DNA of 64,000 nt, taken from NCBI GenBank assembly GCA_051294905.1, contig CM119371.1, forward strand, positions 36,210,001 to 36,274,000, written 5' to 3'. Of the stretch, positions 24,503 to 38,984 are shown piece after piece. Positions within the stretch are counted from its first letter, which is position 1, and each line of letters starts with the position of its first letter. A program made the translations under genes and the position numbers. This DNA is from Botryllus schlosseri (taxonomy: Eukaryota). Below the pieces are notes generated by a model. That model searched no databases. It saw only the letters and a list, made by a program, of their open reading frames with translations, and was not told where the DNA came from.

Positions 24503-24624
24503 TAATAAATATACTGCTACAATGGATGTTGTATTGAAAGCTATATTCAAGTTCTGTACCACGAACCAGCTATATATAATAATATACCAGATAATAGGCC
24601 TTTATCTAATAGCCCAACTCCACT

Positions 24625-24740
24625 CGTTAATGTATATCAGCGTAAGCGGTGTCTTACAAAAAGCCTAGAAGTGGGCCGTGCTACAAGCCGGCAGATACGG
24701 AATCATAAATATGGAATATCGACCTGGTGTAAATGACCAT
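24625..24740 (-). repeat. Dispersed short repeat family (CTGCCGACTTGTAGCACGGCCCACTTCTAGGC core); other copies at ~26975-27035, 32088-32150, 32812-32868, 41685-41775
   Basis: Direct comparison of five partial copies within the window. Class unknown. Confidence 0.75.
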
Positions 24741-25015
24741 AACAGTTGACAAACAACATGAATACCACAAACATGTATATCCAAAGTAGAGCGTTGTATT
24801 TTCGTTTATAAGGTAACAATCAACTTTCCGTAATGTAACAAACATTTACTTTGAATACTGTTAGATCGGCGAAGTTTTGTGGTAGTACCAAGACCGAAAC
24901 AGCACTTTGTCACTCCCTCGGACCTGGTTATAATCGCACCTTGTCTACAACGAGTTTGCGATCCACTTCCACGCCCCCCCCCCATCAGTTTGAGAATCAC
25001 TTAACTAGAATAAGC

Positions 25016-25364
25016 TAGGGTTACCAGAAGTCTTCACTTAAGAAAATTTGTAAAGTTTTTTTTACTTTTTTAAAAGTGTTTTCGGAGGACGCCTAAATGT
25101 CCTTTTTTCTGAGAATGTGTCCTATCTTTTTGGGAAGTTCGATTGAGTGTACGTGGAAATTGGACTGAGATATAGGGAATCAGCTGCCAAGTAACGGTCC
25201 GACGGGTTTTTCGGGACATGAGCCAGAAAGATTTTATTTTTTTAGTCAACCGACGTCAAAGTCGGCAAAAATTTGTTATTTTTCAGGATTTTACTCCATT
25301 ATTGTAAGTGTGAAAATTTTGAAAAAGTGCGCTCTTTTTTGATTCCTACAATATGGTAACCCTA
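25016..25364. mobile_element. hAT-type MITE (TAGGGTTACCA family)
   Basis: Termini TAGGGTTACCA / TGGTAACCCTA. Perfect TSD GAATAAGC. Related copies at 33103-33503 (no TSD seen) and a partial copy from 27919. Confidence 0.9.
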
Positions 25365-28300
25365 GAATAAGCCGAACCCTATTGCTTTGCATATGACGAT
25401 ATAGAACACAATTTCCGACACGTCACAAACGAGTTGCACACGTGTTTGAAGTATACAGACGAGCTGAGAATAATGTTCACCACCTTGAAATAGTTGGAAG
25501 AAAATGGCAGCCGGCAACCTGAAAAAACTCGCTCTACAATACAATTTAAAATTTCCGGACATTTAGGCATATTTTAGCATTTCCCGCGGACGCAATCTGA
25601 GCACTAAAATTCTAGACCTGTCCGGGGTAATCCGGACGGAGTCAATTCTAGGCATCATCAGTAATATTGGATCATTGTTCAATGCTGTTTATCAGTCTAC
25701 AATGTCGATTCTAAATGCTCTGGTATGGAGAGAGCCGCACGCTTTATGCGATTTGAGAATATAATCACAATTGCTATTCATGGCGCAAATGACGTCAGAA
25801 CATTTCAGGTCGTTCTGTGTACACGAGACAACAGATAAACCATCGCGCCGTCGATCGTCTCAACTCATCTATGGGCCTTTAAACCCACCAATTGTTCGGT
25901 TCTTAAAACTTATCGCAATGTAACCAAATCGAACTATTTTCCCACAGATTCCGCGACATTCCGGTGATATCAACGCGAGCACGTTCGGCATATACCTTGT
26001 CATAACAACTTCGCCTTGCTTTGTATATCGAAGTATTGATCTGTACTTAAAATTCCTTGTATATCCGTGGTATGTATTGATGGTCGACTGTCTTTGATGT
26101 CGATATGTTTGACAGAACGATATTTGATGATCTATTAGCTCAAATCTCCCTGACTTACTGCGATGGCGAATCCAAATTGAAAGCGAGACTGGTGCAGTTG
26201 GAACTCACGATGTGTCGGCCTCCATCCTTATACGACCCTGTTTAAACAATTAACAGCCCCATCATGAGCAGATATTGTTTACTGAAGTGGGTGAAAAGGA
26301 TTTGTTATTTCGAATCCGTTTCGATTTATCGATTCAAACAAATTGATTCGAGTTTGGTGACCAGTCTATGATACTAGTGATGAAATCGAATTGATGATCA
26401 TGCATTTGTTTGGCCATCACCCAGCATTGGCCTTTTCTGGCATGGAAACCATCTTGCAACTTCGTAAGGTGTCATTTGCGACGGATCGTTTCTATTCTAT
26501 TTTTACAATGAAATACATTTTACCGTGCTGATGCTGACGCATCACAATTTTTTCTGATGTATTCAGAGGTGCGGTCAAAAACGAAGTACATCTACTTCTG
26601 CGGATTACCATCAGTAGTTTTTGCGTACTACCACTATGCATAGTCAAGTGATTATCATTTACATTAGTCGCACTTCTACCAACAGTTTTTGAAGCATGAC
26701 TAATTACTTTTTACACCTTGTGAGTCGAAAGTAGATTTTGTATCAAACATCTACATCAGTTTGATGACTAATATAGTCATAGCTAGCGGACGAATAGTCC
26801 CTCTATGAAGCTAACTGAATGTACGTTAGGAAACTGCACCTGTTTGTACAAATTCACGGCATTAGTTCTGATTATACTTGAGTAGCAACGCCGACTCCTT
26901 TGACCGCCACAAGAAGTATAGTCTTGTTGTTGTTTCTGGTGTTATGGTGTTTGCCGACTATCTGTCGACCCATTTTTATTCCGTATCTGCCGACTTGTAG
27001 CACGACCCACTTCTAGGCATTTTGTAAGACACCTCGTATGCAGAGACATGGCGAGGTGGAGCCTAGATACTGGACAGTACTCTTGATATGAATGCTAATC
27101 CGTTATCCCATTTAGCCGTATTCAAGCACGTCACTCACCGGATATTACCGCAATCGCTCCACGATACTCTTTGGTTTCCCTACTGTGGGATCTCTAGCAG
27201 TACGAAAAAGCCTGGCCTACCGCACAACTTTGCTACTTTCTCCATACACGATCTCGCTTTACCGATCCGAATATCGCTTGTAGATTACAGATTCCTAATT
27301 CCGAAAACAAAACCAGCAATCAAATGCATACCTGCGCTGCGGTGTACAAGTCGCTTCTAATGAACGTCTCGTAAACAACGTTTAGGCGGATTTGCGGCGA
27401 GACGTCGAGCCGTATGAAAGTCGGTGGGATTCAACAAACATACAGAATCTGAATTGACCGTACTATAAGGTAGTACAGTGGGGCAACAACGTGTCAGCGA
27501 ATACCGAAAGAGAGTAGCAGTAAATGCCAGCCCACAGGAAGGCGTGTAAGGCATACGCCGAGGTGGTTTGTAACGTAGTACTTCAACTATTTAGGGAATA
27601 GGTCGTTCTGTATTCGTGAACTTGGTGTTTATGCCGCATATACACCGATTCATGATATACAGAACGTATTCGCATATGCATACCATGATTGCATGATGTG
27701 CGTATGCCGCTGGAAAATGAAGGTGCATAAATAGCCTTGTCGAGCTTTCTAAGTCTTGCACCACCAAGCGGAGAAGGCACATATACCAGTTTTACTAGGA
27801 GTACTGAGGTTGGCTGCTTTCAATGCTTAGACTCAAGTGGTTATATTTTCAGACGACATCCATTTCTACTTATCAGTTTATCACTACAAACAACTTACTT
27901 TTCTCATCTGGGCTTGTATAGGGTTACCATACGTCCTCCTTTAAGAGGATTTGTCCTCCTTTTTGAAGACATGTCCTGCCTTCGCCTAAATGTCCTCCCA
28001 ATTAGCCCCCTTTTTAGTCTAAAGTGCCGAAAAATACCACGTAAGACGTTAAATTTTTGCCTAAGAGATAGATCACGGGCTATGCGGGAATCAAATATCA
28101 AAGGTCACCTTTTGTTAGCAAATACCACAGAAGTGTAGGTACAAAAAGGTTTTTGGGTTGATTTGCAGCACTTCTGCGAGTGAAATCACCACTATATCAG
28201 GGCAAAATAGCCCCTGAATTACGACAGGAGTATATATTTTCGAAAATCCCTTCATTTATAGTATCATCAGACATTTTGTTTTGCCACTAGCAATTTCGAT

Positions 28301-29140
28301 GGAAGACCAGGTCCCATTTATTACTAAAGAAGAATGCTACTCTTCGACCAGATCTACTTTAGGAAATTACTTACTTGAGAACTTTTTAAACCTTTCGTTT
28401 CGTAGTGATACTTCGAGTAGTTTTATCGTGTCTCTGCAATCGTAACTTCCTTGACTTGTAATTGAATAAGATTTGCCACATTCTTCTTTCACTCTTCTAT
28501 ACTTGACTAATCGGTCCTCAATCGCTGTATTGTCTTCTTATAAGTCTTCGAGACTCAAGTTCAAAGAATAATAATAAATGTAATCGTGAATAATCGTGAT
28601 CACTTTTCAATGTAATCGTTAGTGACTACCTAATTAATTTCCTAGCGTATCGAAAATAAGCATGTCATTCATGCTTTGCATGTGCAAGGGCCTTAATTGC
28701 TAACACTGTACGAAACGCTCGCAGCTGAGGAATCCGGGAACTTGATTTCGTGTGTATTATATATTTAACACTTAGCCACGAAACTTGCAGGAATCTGGCA
28801 ATACGTAATTCGAAACTGCCTGCAATGTCGACACCGGCGATTAGTCAAATAAACAGACAGAATTGGAGTCGGTGTTTATCGCGTTATTATGATGACACAC
28901 GCGAGACAAATGCTACGAAACACGGTCAATTGCGAATGAGGAATTATCAATAGCTTAGGTGATGTTTTACAAAAAGTGATTTGCTTTCTTTACAAAATGA
29001 TTATAGTTCCCTACAACTATATGCACTCCATCTCTTATACATCTCTTATATATACAGCGCTCCAGCGTAGGGATAACATATTGCTATATTAGGGCACTCT
29101 ACAAATTATTATATTAAAAAAATTTATTATTATAAATGTG

Positions 29141-29638
29141 CTGAGGTGGTCAAGGTAGCCAGCGTTCATACTCACGTATACGAAAAAGTAACGCCGTCAA
29201 TTTCTACTCAATTAAAAGTAAAATGTAGAAGACATGGCCAAACTGCCCCAAGTAGTATCAGAGAATGTAGATGTGACAAGTATTCAGGTGGTTTATAAGT
29301 GGTTTCAAATAGTGAAATTTGGCGATAGTTCGCATACCTTTACAAGGTAATCATAGGTGACGATTTCCAAAATTGCAAAGTACATCTTCGCGACTAACTC
29401 AAATGGGTAATGATACCACACAGTATACATATACGTGCGACTTTTGAGATTACAGGCACCGTGATGCAGAGCCAATTTCGCCCAGTTGTAATGACAATGT
29501 CACTAATTGAAGTTATTCAAGAATTTTCGAAAACTAGATTATGCATTGCAATATTCAAACGGTAAAGTGACTGTAGAAGTGTAGAAGTGAAAGTCGTCTA
29601 AAACATTGAAATACTTGGTCACCGACTGACCACCTCTG
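29141..29638. mobile_element. hAT-type MITE (CAGAGGTGGTCA family)
   Basis: Termini CTGAGGTGGTCA / TGACCACCTCTG. Perfect TSD TAAATGTG. Related ends at ~26564, 32066 and 33915. Confidence 0.85.
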
Positions 29639-30270
29639 TAAATGTGAACTAATATGTGGCAGTAAAATTTGCCAAGACGTCGAAGCCAGGACATATTCCT
29701 TACAACCAACTCAAACCTGACTTTTCATATCGAGCGCCTCAATATCAATGACCATAACAAAGAAATTCTCAATAAGAACGAGGTTTGTTTATAGCGGGTC
29801 AACGCGACGAGAAGCGGAAATATTAGAGCTCGAAAGGCATCCGCGGTTTTTCAAAACAATGGTGTCTAATTCACGTGTTGTTTACAAATCTTGGCAAGTG
29901 AGCCGTGACCTTCCACTCGGCTACAAGGCGAATATGGGGCGTGACTGGATGGTGTCATGAATCAGTAACGCGAAGCGAAGTACTGGAATATTTAGGTTCA
30001 TGATACTTCAAAGATATTTAGGACATCTTGGCCATTTCACTGTCGCTTCAGTTGAATGCAAATGCCGTATTCTGTTGACCGACCTGATGTTTGATGTTCA
30101 ATACCGCGGCGGAGAAACAAGGAGTATGATAGTTCTTTTTATTCCTATATGTTAAGAATTCGGAGGGAAAAGTAGTTGCTACTCAAGTTGAAATAGGAGT
30201 AACGACGTGAATTTCATCTCAAGTTCAAGTAAATAGAGCGATTTCCGTGACATGGCAACATTATTTAAGT

Positions 30271-31827
30271 CAGTGGTTCTCAACCTTTTTCATCTCGTGC
30301 CTCCCTTGGCCGAAATTTGAGCCAAAATTCCCCCCTTAGGAGAAATCCGCCCGATGATTAAAAAAGGTCATTTTTTTACCGCGCAATCACCTGTTTACCG
30401 AAGAATAAGACCGGAGGTACGGGGTCTCTGTTTCTAGCAGGGCTGTAACAATACTTTGTAGACCTCCAAAAACAATGGTCTTGGTCCCAATCAAACAAAT
30501 TGTGGAAGGCTTGACTCAACAGACCCCTACCCTTCTATTTGTGTTTTCGGCTTATCATGCACCAATCGCTAATAAAACTGCTGTGAAAAGTCAGTATGCA
30601 TAAATTTGATGGTCTCGCGATTTTTTTCTAAAGTGTGCATATGCATTTGGCCAATAATATTGGTATTTTCATATATAGCAGGATTGACCACACTCGAATC
30701 GTACTCGAGTCAGCATTTTCTGATGACTCGACTTGACTCGAGTCATTTTCTCAAAATAGGGAAACGACTCGACTCGACTAGAGACAATCTGTGTATTGAC
30801 TCGACTTGGAGTCATTGTACATGACTCGAACCAAGCCATATGACTCGTGACTATAAGACGGTCAATACCGACAATTCGTTGTGATTTCGAAGATCAGTAA
30901 AGTGGCCTTCCTATTTGAATTTCGTCTATCGGTCCTGGTACTTGAGAATGCGACAATAAACTGCTCAAGTGGGGAAAATTAGTATATTATAAATCAAAAT
31001 CATTCAATATCACTAAACAGAGTTATAAAAAGTGAGTTTAACAAGACTTTAACTGGAAACTGAGCAGTCAACACAAGGAATTGGACTCGGACTCGAGTCA
31101 TAATACCATAACTCGGACTCGACCCTATGCTCGGTGACTTGGACCGTCAGACTTGAGTCAATGGTGAATTGAAAATGATTCGACTTGACTCGAGTCAAAA
31201 CTATGAAAGTGAAATTGACTTGTGACTCGGAGCCTCGTGACTTGGTTACAGCCCTGATATATAACATACACGTGATCAGATTTCCTGCTTGAGCTCATTG
31301 AAATTTAGGACACTCATTCGGTTTCGGCAACCTTGCACCAATTTTAACATGCATTTTTTCGATCGAGTAGCTGTTCACTAAAAATAAAGCAAGGCTAGCG
31401 ATCTCTTTGATTTGAATCGATGACGCTGGAATATTTTGTCACTTTATGAAAATGTTGACACGAAAATATAAGATAAATACTTTCGTTAGCGGCCTTTGTT
31501 GTGATAGATTCGGCACGACATTTGCTCGCTTAGAATATATTTGATTGAGAGGCCGTCGCTAGCCTACAAAATTGTCTTGCGAACTGCAGCACATCTGAAC
31601 TAGCTAAAAAAAAAACAAGGGCAAACTTGTATGGGGGAACGAGATTTCAAATAGCATTTGAACATACTTTCAGCAAAAAAACAGCTATAAGGAGCATACG
31701 CTCTGATATAACTGGTTGCCAACCTGAACATTTTGGGAAATCCGTTACAATTCTAAAGTGGAATTCCTCCCTAAAAATTGCAAAATTCCCCCCAAGGGGG
31801 GAATTCCTCCCCGGTTGGGAACCACTG
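30271..31827. mobile_element. hAT (Charlie-like) non-autonomous element
   Basis: Termini CAGTGGTTCTCAACC / GGTTGGGAACCACTG. Perfect TSD ATTTAAGT. Confidence 0.9.
30679..31256. mobile_element. GACTCGAGTC-repeat MITE (hAT-like) nested in 30271-31827
   Basis: Arrays of GACTCG/GACTTG at both ends. Right end GTTACAGCCCTG. TSD ATATATAG / ATATATAA. Homologous to 49572-50018 and 56084-56627. Confidence 0.8.
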
Positions 31828-33102
31828 ATTTAAGTGAAAGCAGGAAATTACTCAAGGAACTCGTTTCAAAATATATATTTGCTGGAGAGGTCACATACGT
31901 TAAGCAAAGTGATGCGAACTTATTCTAAAACTACTCCGCAATTTCAAAGTCCGAATTTAGAAAGAGTAAATAATTTCTCGTAAAAACTATACTAGTAAAA
32001 GCAAGAAGTCTACAGTAATAATTATACTGTAATACTCCGAAAACGTAGACGTACTGACCACCTCTGCGTGCCATGTTGTTCTACTACAATGGTCATTTAC
32101 ACCAGGCCGATATTCCTGATTTTGATTCTGTAACTGCCGACTTGTAGCCATAGCAATGGTCAAAAGGCATTACGGATTGAGACCATGCAATGGTGTGAAG
32201 TCAACCTGACTTAAGCCCGTGCGGCTATATCAGACCACCCTGTTGTCGTCCCGTCCACGTCGCTACGCTGCAACTGAGAAAGATATGTCAAAGGAAGGAT
32301 CTACGTCTCAAAATTAATCCGACTTATTATATGGTGTATCGCTGTAAAGCAGTTCGTGCGTTGCGACTCAATTCGCTTGAGGTAATCCGATTGAACGAAT
32401 TATCGGCACAAACTATTTCATTTCATCTTGTTTGTTGAGAAGCAGATCAGTGTTTGGCTTGTTCTGTCGATTACCGATAATGCGAGGTACAGACAGATGT
32501 GTTCAGGAGCGATGCACTTTACTTTTTCGGGGTAGGCTACTAAAGACGGTTTTGCCTATACTTTGGCCTATACATTCACTTTGACTTGAAACTTTGGTTT
32601 TTACGTTCTGGCATTTGTAAACCAGAAAGCAATTTGTGGATCGGTGTGAATACTGTGAATCACTGCATTGAGTGAAATTCTCATACCGACTGGATGAAAT
32701 AAACCATTGTACCAGGGTAATAGAAGATGTTATAAAACATTCTTCTATTTGTAGAGTAACGGTGTGCTTTTCCGACTACACCCAGATCGATATACTTTAT
32801 GATGAGCTGGGTCTGCCGACTTGTAGCACGGCCCACTTCTAGGCTTTTTAAGACACCGCTTACGCCGTTCAGACGGTGTGGTTTAGTAAGTTCTTTATTT
32901 CTTCGATTGGAATATACGGGTTTGTTTGATTGGGAGCAATACACTCTATTTCGGAGAAATCACATAGAGTTTTTGGAATTTTGTTTCAAGTTTCATTTAT
33001 CCCTTTCACCTTTCTATACACCGCAAATATCAAATATACTTTGCGACCTAACTTTGGTACGCATCCCTCAGATTCAGAACATCGGTGTATAGACCGCTAG
33101 CG

Positions 33103-33503
33103 TAGGGTTACCATACGTCCTTCTTTAGGACGATTTGTACTTCTTATTCGGGTTTGTTTAAAATGTCCTCCAAGGATGCGTAAATGTACTCCTTTTTGAG
33201 ATCTTATCCTCTTTTTTGAGAATTTTGATCAAATTTACTGTCAAATTGGACTGAGATACCGTGAATCAGCACCGAAGTAAAGCTCCGGCGCGTATTTCGG
33301 GAGCTGAGCCGGAAAGTTGACGTATTTTCTAGTCAACCACCTGACAATGTGACAGAAAAACTGTATTTTGGGCGCCGGACGGGGGGAAAGGTGACCTTTT
33401 TATTATTCCATTACCATTTTTCAAGATTTTTCTCCGATATTCTGAGTTTGAAAATCTTAAAAAAAGTGTCCTCCTTTCCCGATTCCAAAATATGGTAACC
33501 CTA
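33103..33503. mobile_element. hAT-type MITE (TAGGGTTACCATA family)
   Basis: 13-bp TIRs and internal similarity to 25016-25364. No TSD recognisable. Confidence 0.75.
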
Positions 33504-36500
33504 TGCCATCGGAGACTGGTAAAGTAGTCAGCGTTGCTACTCAAGTAGAAGTAACACCGATAATACCGATTTCATTACATATAAAATTTGCTATTTTCAA
33601 GACATGTAGAAACTACCATAAGTGGAAGTAGAAAACGGAGGTTCGGAGAACTAATCAAGTAATTAGCTCGAAAATGTAGATTTGGTCGAGGGGTTGAATA
33701 CCATACCGAGGGGTTACTACTTTCGAATTTGCGACATATTCTATATATTCACGACTGATGATGAAAACCTATCCAAAAACTATTTTCCACTTTTCAAAGT
33801 CCAAGGTGTAAAAATTCCAAGTAAATATTAATGTAGTCTAAAAACTAACAAGCTATAGACGGTAGTACTCCATAAAAGGAAGAATTACTTCGTTACTGAC
33901 CAGTGACCACCTCTGATCATCGTTGAATCGACTAAAAGAGACTGTTTCCTCAACACTTCATCCTGAAGTATATAAGATAGCTGCTCATTTCACTGTACGT
34001 TTCCCATTGTGCTGGATGCCTTAGTTTCATTGTTGACTATGTTTATCGCGGCAATCGCTGAAATCGACTACAATCGGTCGAATATTATTTCAATTCCATA
34101 CCCGCCGCGACCGCAGAGTGGCTCGTAGCCCGAAATTGCGACGGAGCGTAGCCAAACGAAAGGCATGCGGGTGCGGACGGTCGACTTGAAATGTCTTTCA
34201 GCAGTTTAAAGGTAACCGATACCTTTGTGCTTTTTTAAGGTCGACCGCAGCGAATGGGTTTGGTAATTACAAGTGCATGACTGCATTGAGGATGTCCGAG
34301 TCTATCATTACCTACTTGGGGGAGCTCCATTAGATAGAGTTGGGCTTGCATTAGCTAAGAGGCTCATCTCTCAAACTTAGGGATTTCGCACTATAACCTG
34401 ATATTTGAGTAGTATCTTTCCGTGCCGCATTACAGCAGATTTTGACGGGCTTTAAGAAACAATTAGCGGTGATTTTGAGGTACAGAATCGACACGACAAG
34501 CGAAAGGCGAGCTACCGAGGTAGGCTGCAGCTGGAGCATCATTCGGACGACGCTGTACTTCGAGCCATTGTTACGTGTGTGTCGGCACAAACGAGTCTGT
34601 GTTTGTCGTCCGAAATAGCGTCCGGGCTGCGCGCTTCGTAGTGTATAGGCCTAAGCTGCTTCGACGTTTGGGCTACCAGTGTATTGATATAGTGCTGTGT
34701 TAAGTATCAGTAATTTTGATTTGGACCGAATTTGTACAAGTGTGTAGTGCCATAGTGTACTGTACGGATTAATGTTGAATGCAGCCAGCCATGTTGGTTT
34801 CAAAGCCATCAGTTTAGTTTAGGCTGTGGTTTTCGAGGATTTTATGTCAAAGTTGTAACATACCTCAATCACCGTACAGAAATATAACCTCTGCATATGC
34901 TTCGAGAGTCGTAGATTTTTATTCCAATGCATTCTTGTAATATATAAACGAGTCGACCGTTCATCAATCACTGATAAATCTGAGCCCACCTGATAGTCCA
35001 CCCACAGATATTGGGAATACCCCAAGCATAGTCAGCAGACAGGCCCAAATATCGATACCGCCTGATGCCAGTTTCAGAACTGGGTCAGGAAGTGAGCGGC
35101 ACACAATTATTTTAGTTATGACGCAACTGATTGCATTATTACGAGCCAGATTTCCTGAGACCACAAAGGTCGTTTTGTCGCAGCGCGATAACCGGAGGAA
35201 TAAACACCGTTTATGATTCGGTATTAAACTTTTCATGGAGTTTGGGCTATTTATCTTCCACGACGGCTTCCTTCTTGTCAAAATTGACGCCCTAATTTTC
35301 GCAAAAGTGACAATTCTTATCGAAAAGCAAATTCGGATATTTCGCCATTCGCTCGCGTGGAAATGGCGGACATTTTAAATAAGCGCCGGGCTGTAAATCA
35401 CGCTGTCGCCGGATTTTATACCGTTTGATTACGCGTGCCGACAAATATTCCACCGGCCTGTGATATTTACTAAAGATAGCTACTAATTATACATCCCGCA
35501 AATGTTAAGACTTTTTTGCGACATGACGGTTCATCTCTTCCGCTAATAATAATGATCGTATTTATAGTCGTACTTGACCAAACGGTTAAAACTTTAATTT
35601 TGCTTTCGCGTGGCGCCCAAGTACAAACATACAGGCGCCAGTTACACGTGCGTTCTTATCGAGAAAGACATCTGTCTGTTCTGATGAATTTATGAAATGA
35701 AGCTACAGTTTCGATTAAATAATTGGTACAGGAATTTCGTGAATTAAAGGAAAGTATCTACGAAACTTGGAATGGCCACAAAATTTGTCTTGATACGGAG
35801 TCGGCTGTCGCTTTGTGGACAAGGCCACAAAAGTGCCCGTTCGAGTGTTCCTAGTTCCAATTTGAAGACCAAAATTTCTGTGGCACGACTTCAAAGTTGA
35901 ATTAGAGACAATTTTGGTCGGTATCGAACCCAAATCACCTTGATAAAACTCAAACTCGCACTGTGGTGGTAACTGGACCGCGAACTTCGTAATTCCATTG
36001 ACTCGCGCGGTCTGGATAGATCCCGTTGTCAGCTGCGGTCGGGTCGCTTTACTGTAGGCTTTTATTAGATTGATTCCAATCTCGACGTCAGAAATCAGGC
36101 TACCTTTGACTTAGTACTAATAATTAGGGTTGGGCAAAATCGGGTACCCGAGGAATGTAATGGTAAATTGAGTATAAGGGTTTCCATTCTAGACAAGTAT
36201 CCAAATATCCCTCAATATTACGCCATCACAGTATGAACAATAGGCAAAGTTCAAATATGAATATTTGAGGTGTCCCAAGACAAAAAAAATATGTCAGTAA
36301 TACACCACATTAAAGATAACTCGGTAATTTTTGATATCTTCCCACCTATTTTATTGCTCTTAATGTCAATGCTGCGTCATGCATATGTTGATTTGTTTGT
36401 ATGCATTGTACTATATGTTTTCGATGCTGTTGTATAACCTATCGACGATTCAAAGCTTCCGTGGTAGAAATAAATTACAGGCACTATAATAGTCCTGGAT

Positions 36501-38984
36501 TAATGCCTCCTGGTCGTAAGGGCAGTGTGCAAGGGGCGTATAATCTCGGTACCCGATATAGTCACTACTCGACTCAAATCATTACATTTTAAACTCGATT
36601 CGGGATCGAGTACTCTATCGTCTTGCCCAGTGCCGCCCACAATGCGGTGTTCATTTGGACTCTTTTCCAAATACAATATATATCACTGCGTTGGATACCG
36701 CGCAAAAATGATAGTATCGGAAAAGGAAAATGATGCAATTAGCCTCCAAATGTTTCAAGTGGTATTGGCATGGACATGAATGTGGAGACTTTAGCATGCA
36801 ACAGTTGCGGGTGCGAGCTAATGTTCGGGTTGGGTTGGGTTAGAGTCAGCGTTGGGGTTATGGTTACGTTCAGGGCTAGTGTTGTGTTAGGTTATAAAGT
36901 CGCATGCTCAACTGTCGTCTTTTTTGTGTCACATGCTCAAATGTCAGTCAACCCTTTCATGTACATATAGTTGAGATATCACAGTGAAGAGGTTCGCCAT
37001 GTGCCGAATTCCAACAACTTTATCGTACACCCGACACTCATATTCCACGGGGTTGCGCAAAAAAAATGCAATGCAATGTGGTGTCGAACCTATGTCGAGA
37101 ATTCCAAAACCAAAGGCCTGGCTCTCGCCTTAGGCCTCCCCTGTTATCTGAATTAAGTTGCTGTTTGTAAGAAATTTCGATAGTGACGAAGATATTCCAC
37201 AAATCCAAGGGCTTACCAAAGACCTCGTTGCTGGTAAATGCCCAACAATGTTGGAGAGAGGGATCGCTTTGCGATTGGACCGAGCACGCGTTGTCATCTG
37301 AAATCAGAATATAAAAAAATGAAATCCCATGGTTTCTGCTGCAAATTGAAAATAAGGCTAAGCATCTTCATTGCATTCCGGTATCCCCGCGTGAAAATGG
37401 TACTGAGAGACAGGGAAAACAAGAAAAGGCATCCCTCTATCAAGTACTGCGAAATAGTATTTTATAGACTATCCAATAGCCGTTGAGCTTGTCCACAGTC
37501 AAGTCAAGACATGAACAGATTCTATTGAATAAATACCAGTCATCGCCCATGATTACCGGACAACGATCTGATATATCGAGCTCGTCTGCCGACACACGCC
37601 ATTTCGTTTCCAACGCTGGTACATTTTATGTAATCCGTGCGCATGGCGCTAATTTTCATGCTCTAGCCAGGCCAATGTTAATATTTGATTGATTGATTGA
37701 ATGATTGTTTTTTTTTCGATTCTCTATAGTTGCCGATGATTACCCCTGGATATATTATGGGTGTAGCTTAATATGAATACATCATTCAAATGCATATTGA
37801 AGTTCTGTACCTAATAAAGCTCTTCTAATGTTCTCTATCGAAATCTTGGGGTGTTTTGAATTGAGTAAATTATTATTAAAATCGAACTGGTCAGTGAGGA
37901 AGCAATGTCATCGGGTTCCGGACCGTCTGCCTCTCCACAGCGTGCACCTTGTCGAATCAAATCTACACAAAGCTCGCCCGGGTGCCGTAAAAGAGACCTG
38001 GTGCCGCAACTCCGGCGAGTTATTGATCAACGTTCCTGCGTTCCGACGGACGCAGCGCCCAAATCACGCAAATCGGCACGATTGGCGGGCGCTATCTTTT
38101 TGAATGGCTCACGCGCGCTCTCGCCCGCGGAAGGAGAGTTCAAACATTAAAAATAGTTTGTCTATTTGCGAATGATACCACGCCGTTACAATCGCAACAT
38201 GTCGCGACCCCTCACACGCTGCCAACCTTCGAATCGGCACGGGTAATGGCGCCGCTAATTGCTGCGCTCTTGAGATGAAAGTGTTTGCAGATAGCGTGTT
38301 CACAATAAGGTTTACGAAGCCGTAAAAGACCGCTAGGGTGTGAGCGCTTTTTGAGAAGTATCGGATGTAATGCAAACTCGTTATGCACTTACGGAACAGT
38401 GACATCACGACATGATGGCATTGTCAACGAATGGGATTATCCCGGATTATGAATGAACTCAAAATATACTAGGAACGAAAATGGTGAGACTGTCATAAAT
38501 GAAGACCGGCGATAGTTGGCGTCACATGTAACACGAACGTTCCGAGAGAAGTAGTATCGGCGAAAAGAAATTGGTAGCTCCCAGTGTTGAACAACTAGAA
38601 AATCTTCCCATTTTCCGAATTCGATTAGAGTTATTTCAAAGTTAAATTAGATTTGGAATTATAGAGTTAGAAAAACCTTGGATATCAAACTAGATCCGGT
38701 ATTAGAGAGAAATACAGCAAAAATTAAGTTCAGATCGTAACAAATCGGAGCTCACTCTTATACGTATGAGAACGGTAAATATCTGTACGCCAGGGATGAC
38801 TCGATTCGCACCAGACAGTTCTTCTGTAGCATTTTCAAGAAAACCAGGATTCGATTGGAGTTGAAATTAGAGCGTTGAAATATTTCACAATTAGATTAGA
38901 ATTGAATGTCAGGTATTTCGTTTTAATTAGTATAGTCGTCCAATTCTGGTGGCGTTTGCCATTTAAAGACTGAATTATGTTACG

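Larger units (their letters stand above)
19058..24547 (+). mobile_element. 5'-truncated Penelope-like retroelement with inverted pseudo-LTR copy, interrupted by a LINE
   Basis: 129-bp inverted repeats at 19058-19186 and 24419-24547 (2 mismatches). GIY-YIG ORF split between 19212-19770 and 24159-24265. AATAAA and a hammerhead-like motif lie within the repeat. Confidence 0.88.

Noticed and set aside
19058..24547. Novel DNA transposon with 129-bp TIRs carrying RT and GIY-YIG genes
   Set aside because: No TSD outside the repeats. The repeat is the Penelope 3' end, and the RT belongs to a separate LINE whose removal restores the GIY-YIG frame.
26100..26310. Possible second Kelch-like relic (ACTGAAGTGGGT shared with ~13861)
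   Set aside because: Only a 12-bp match, with no extended frame similarity.
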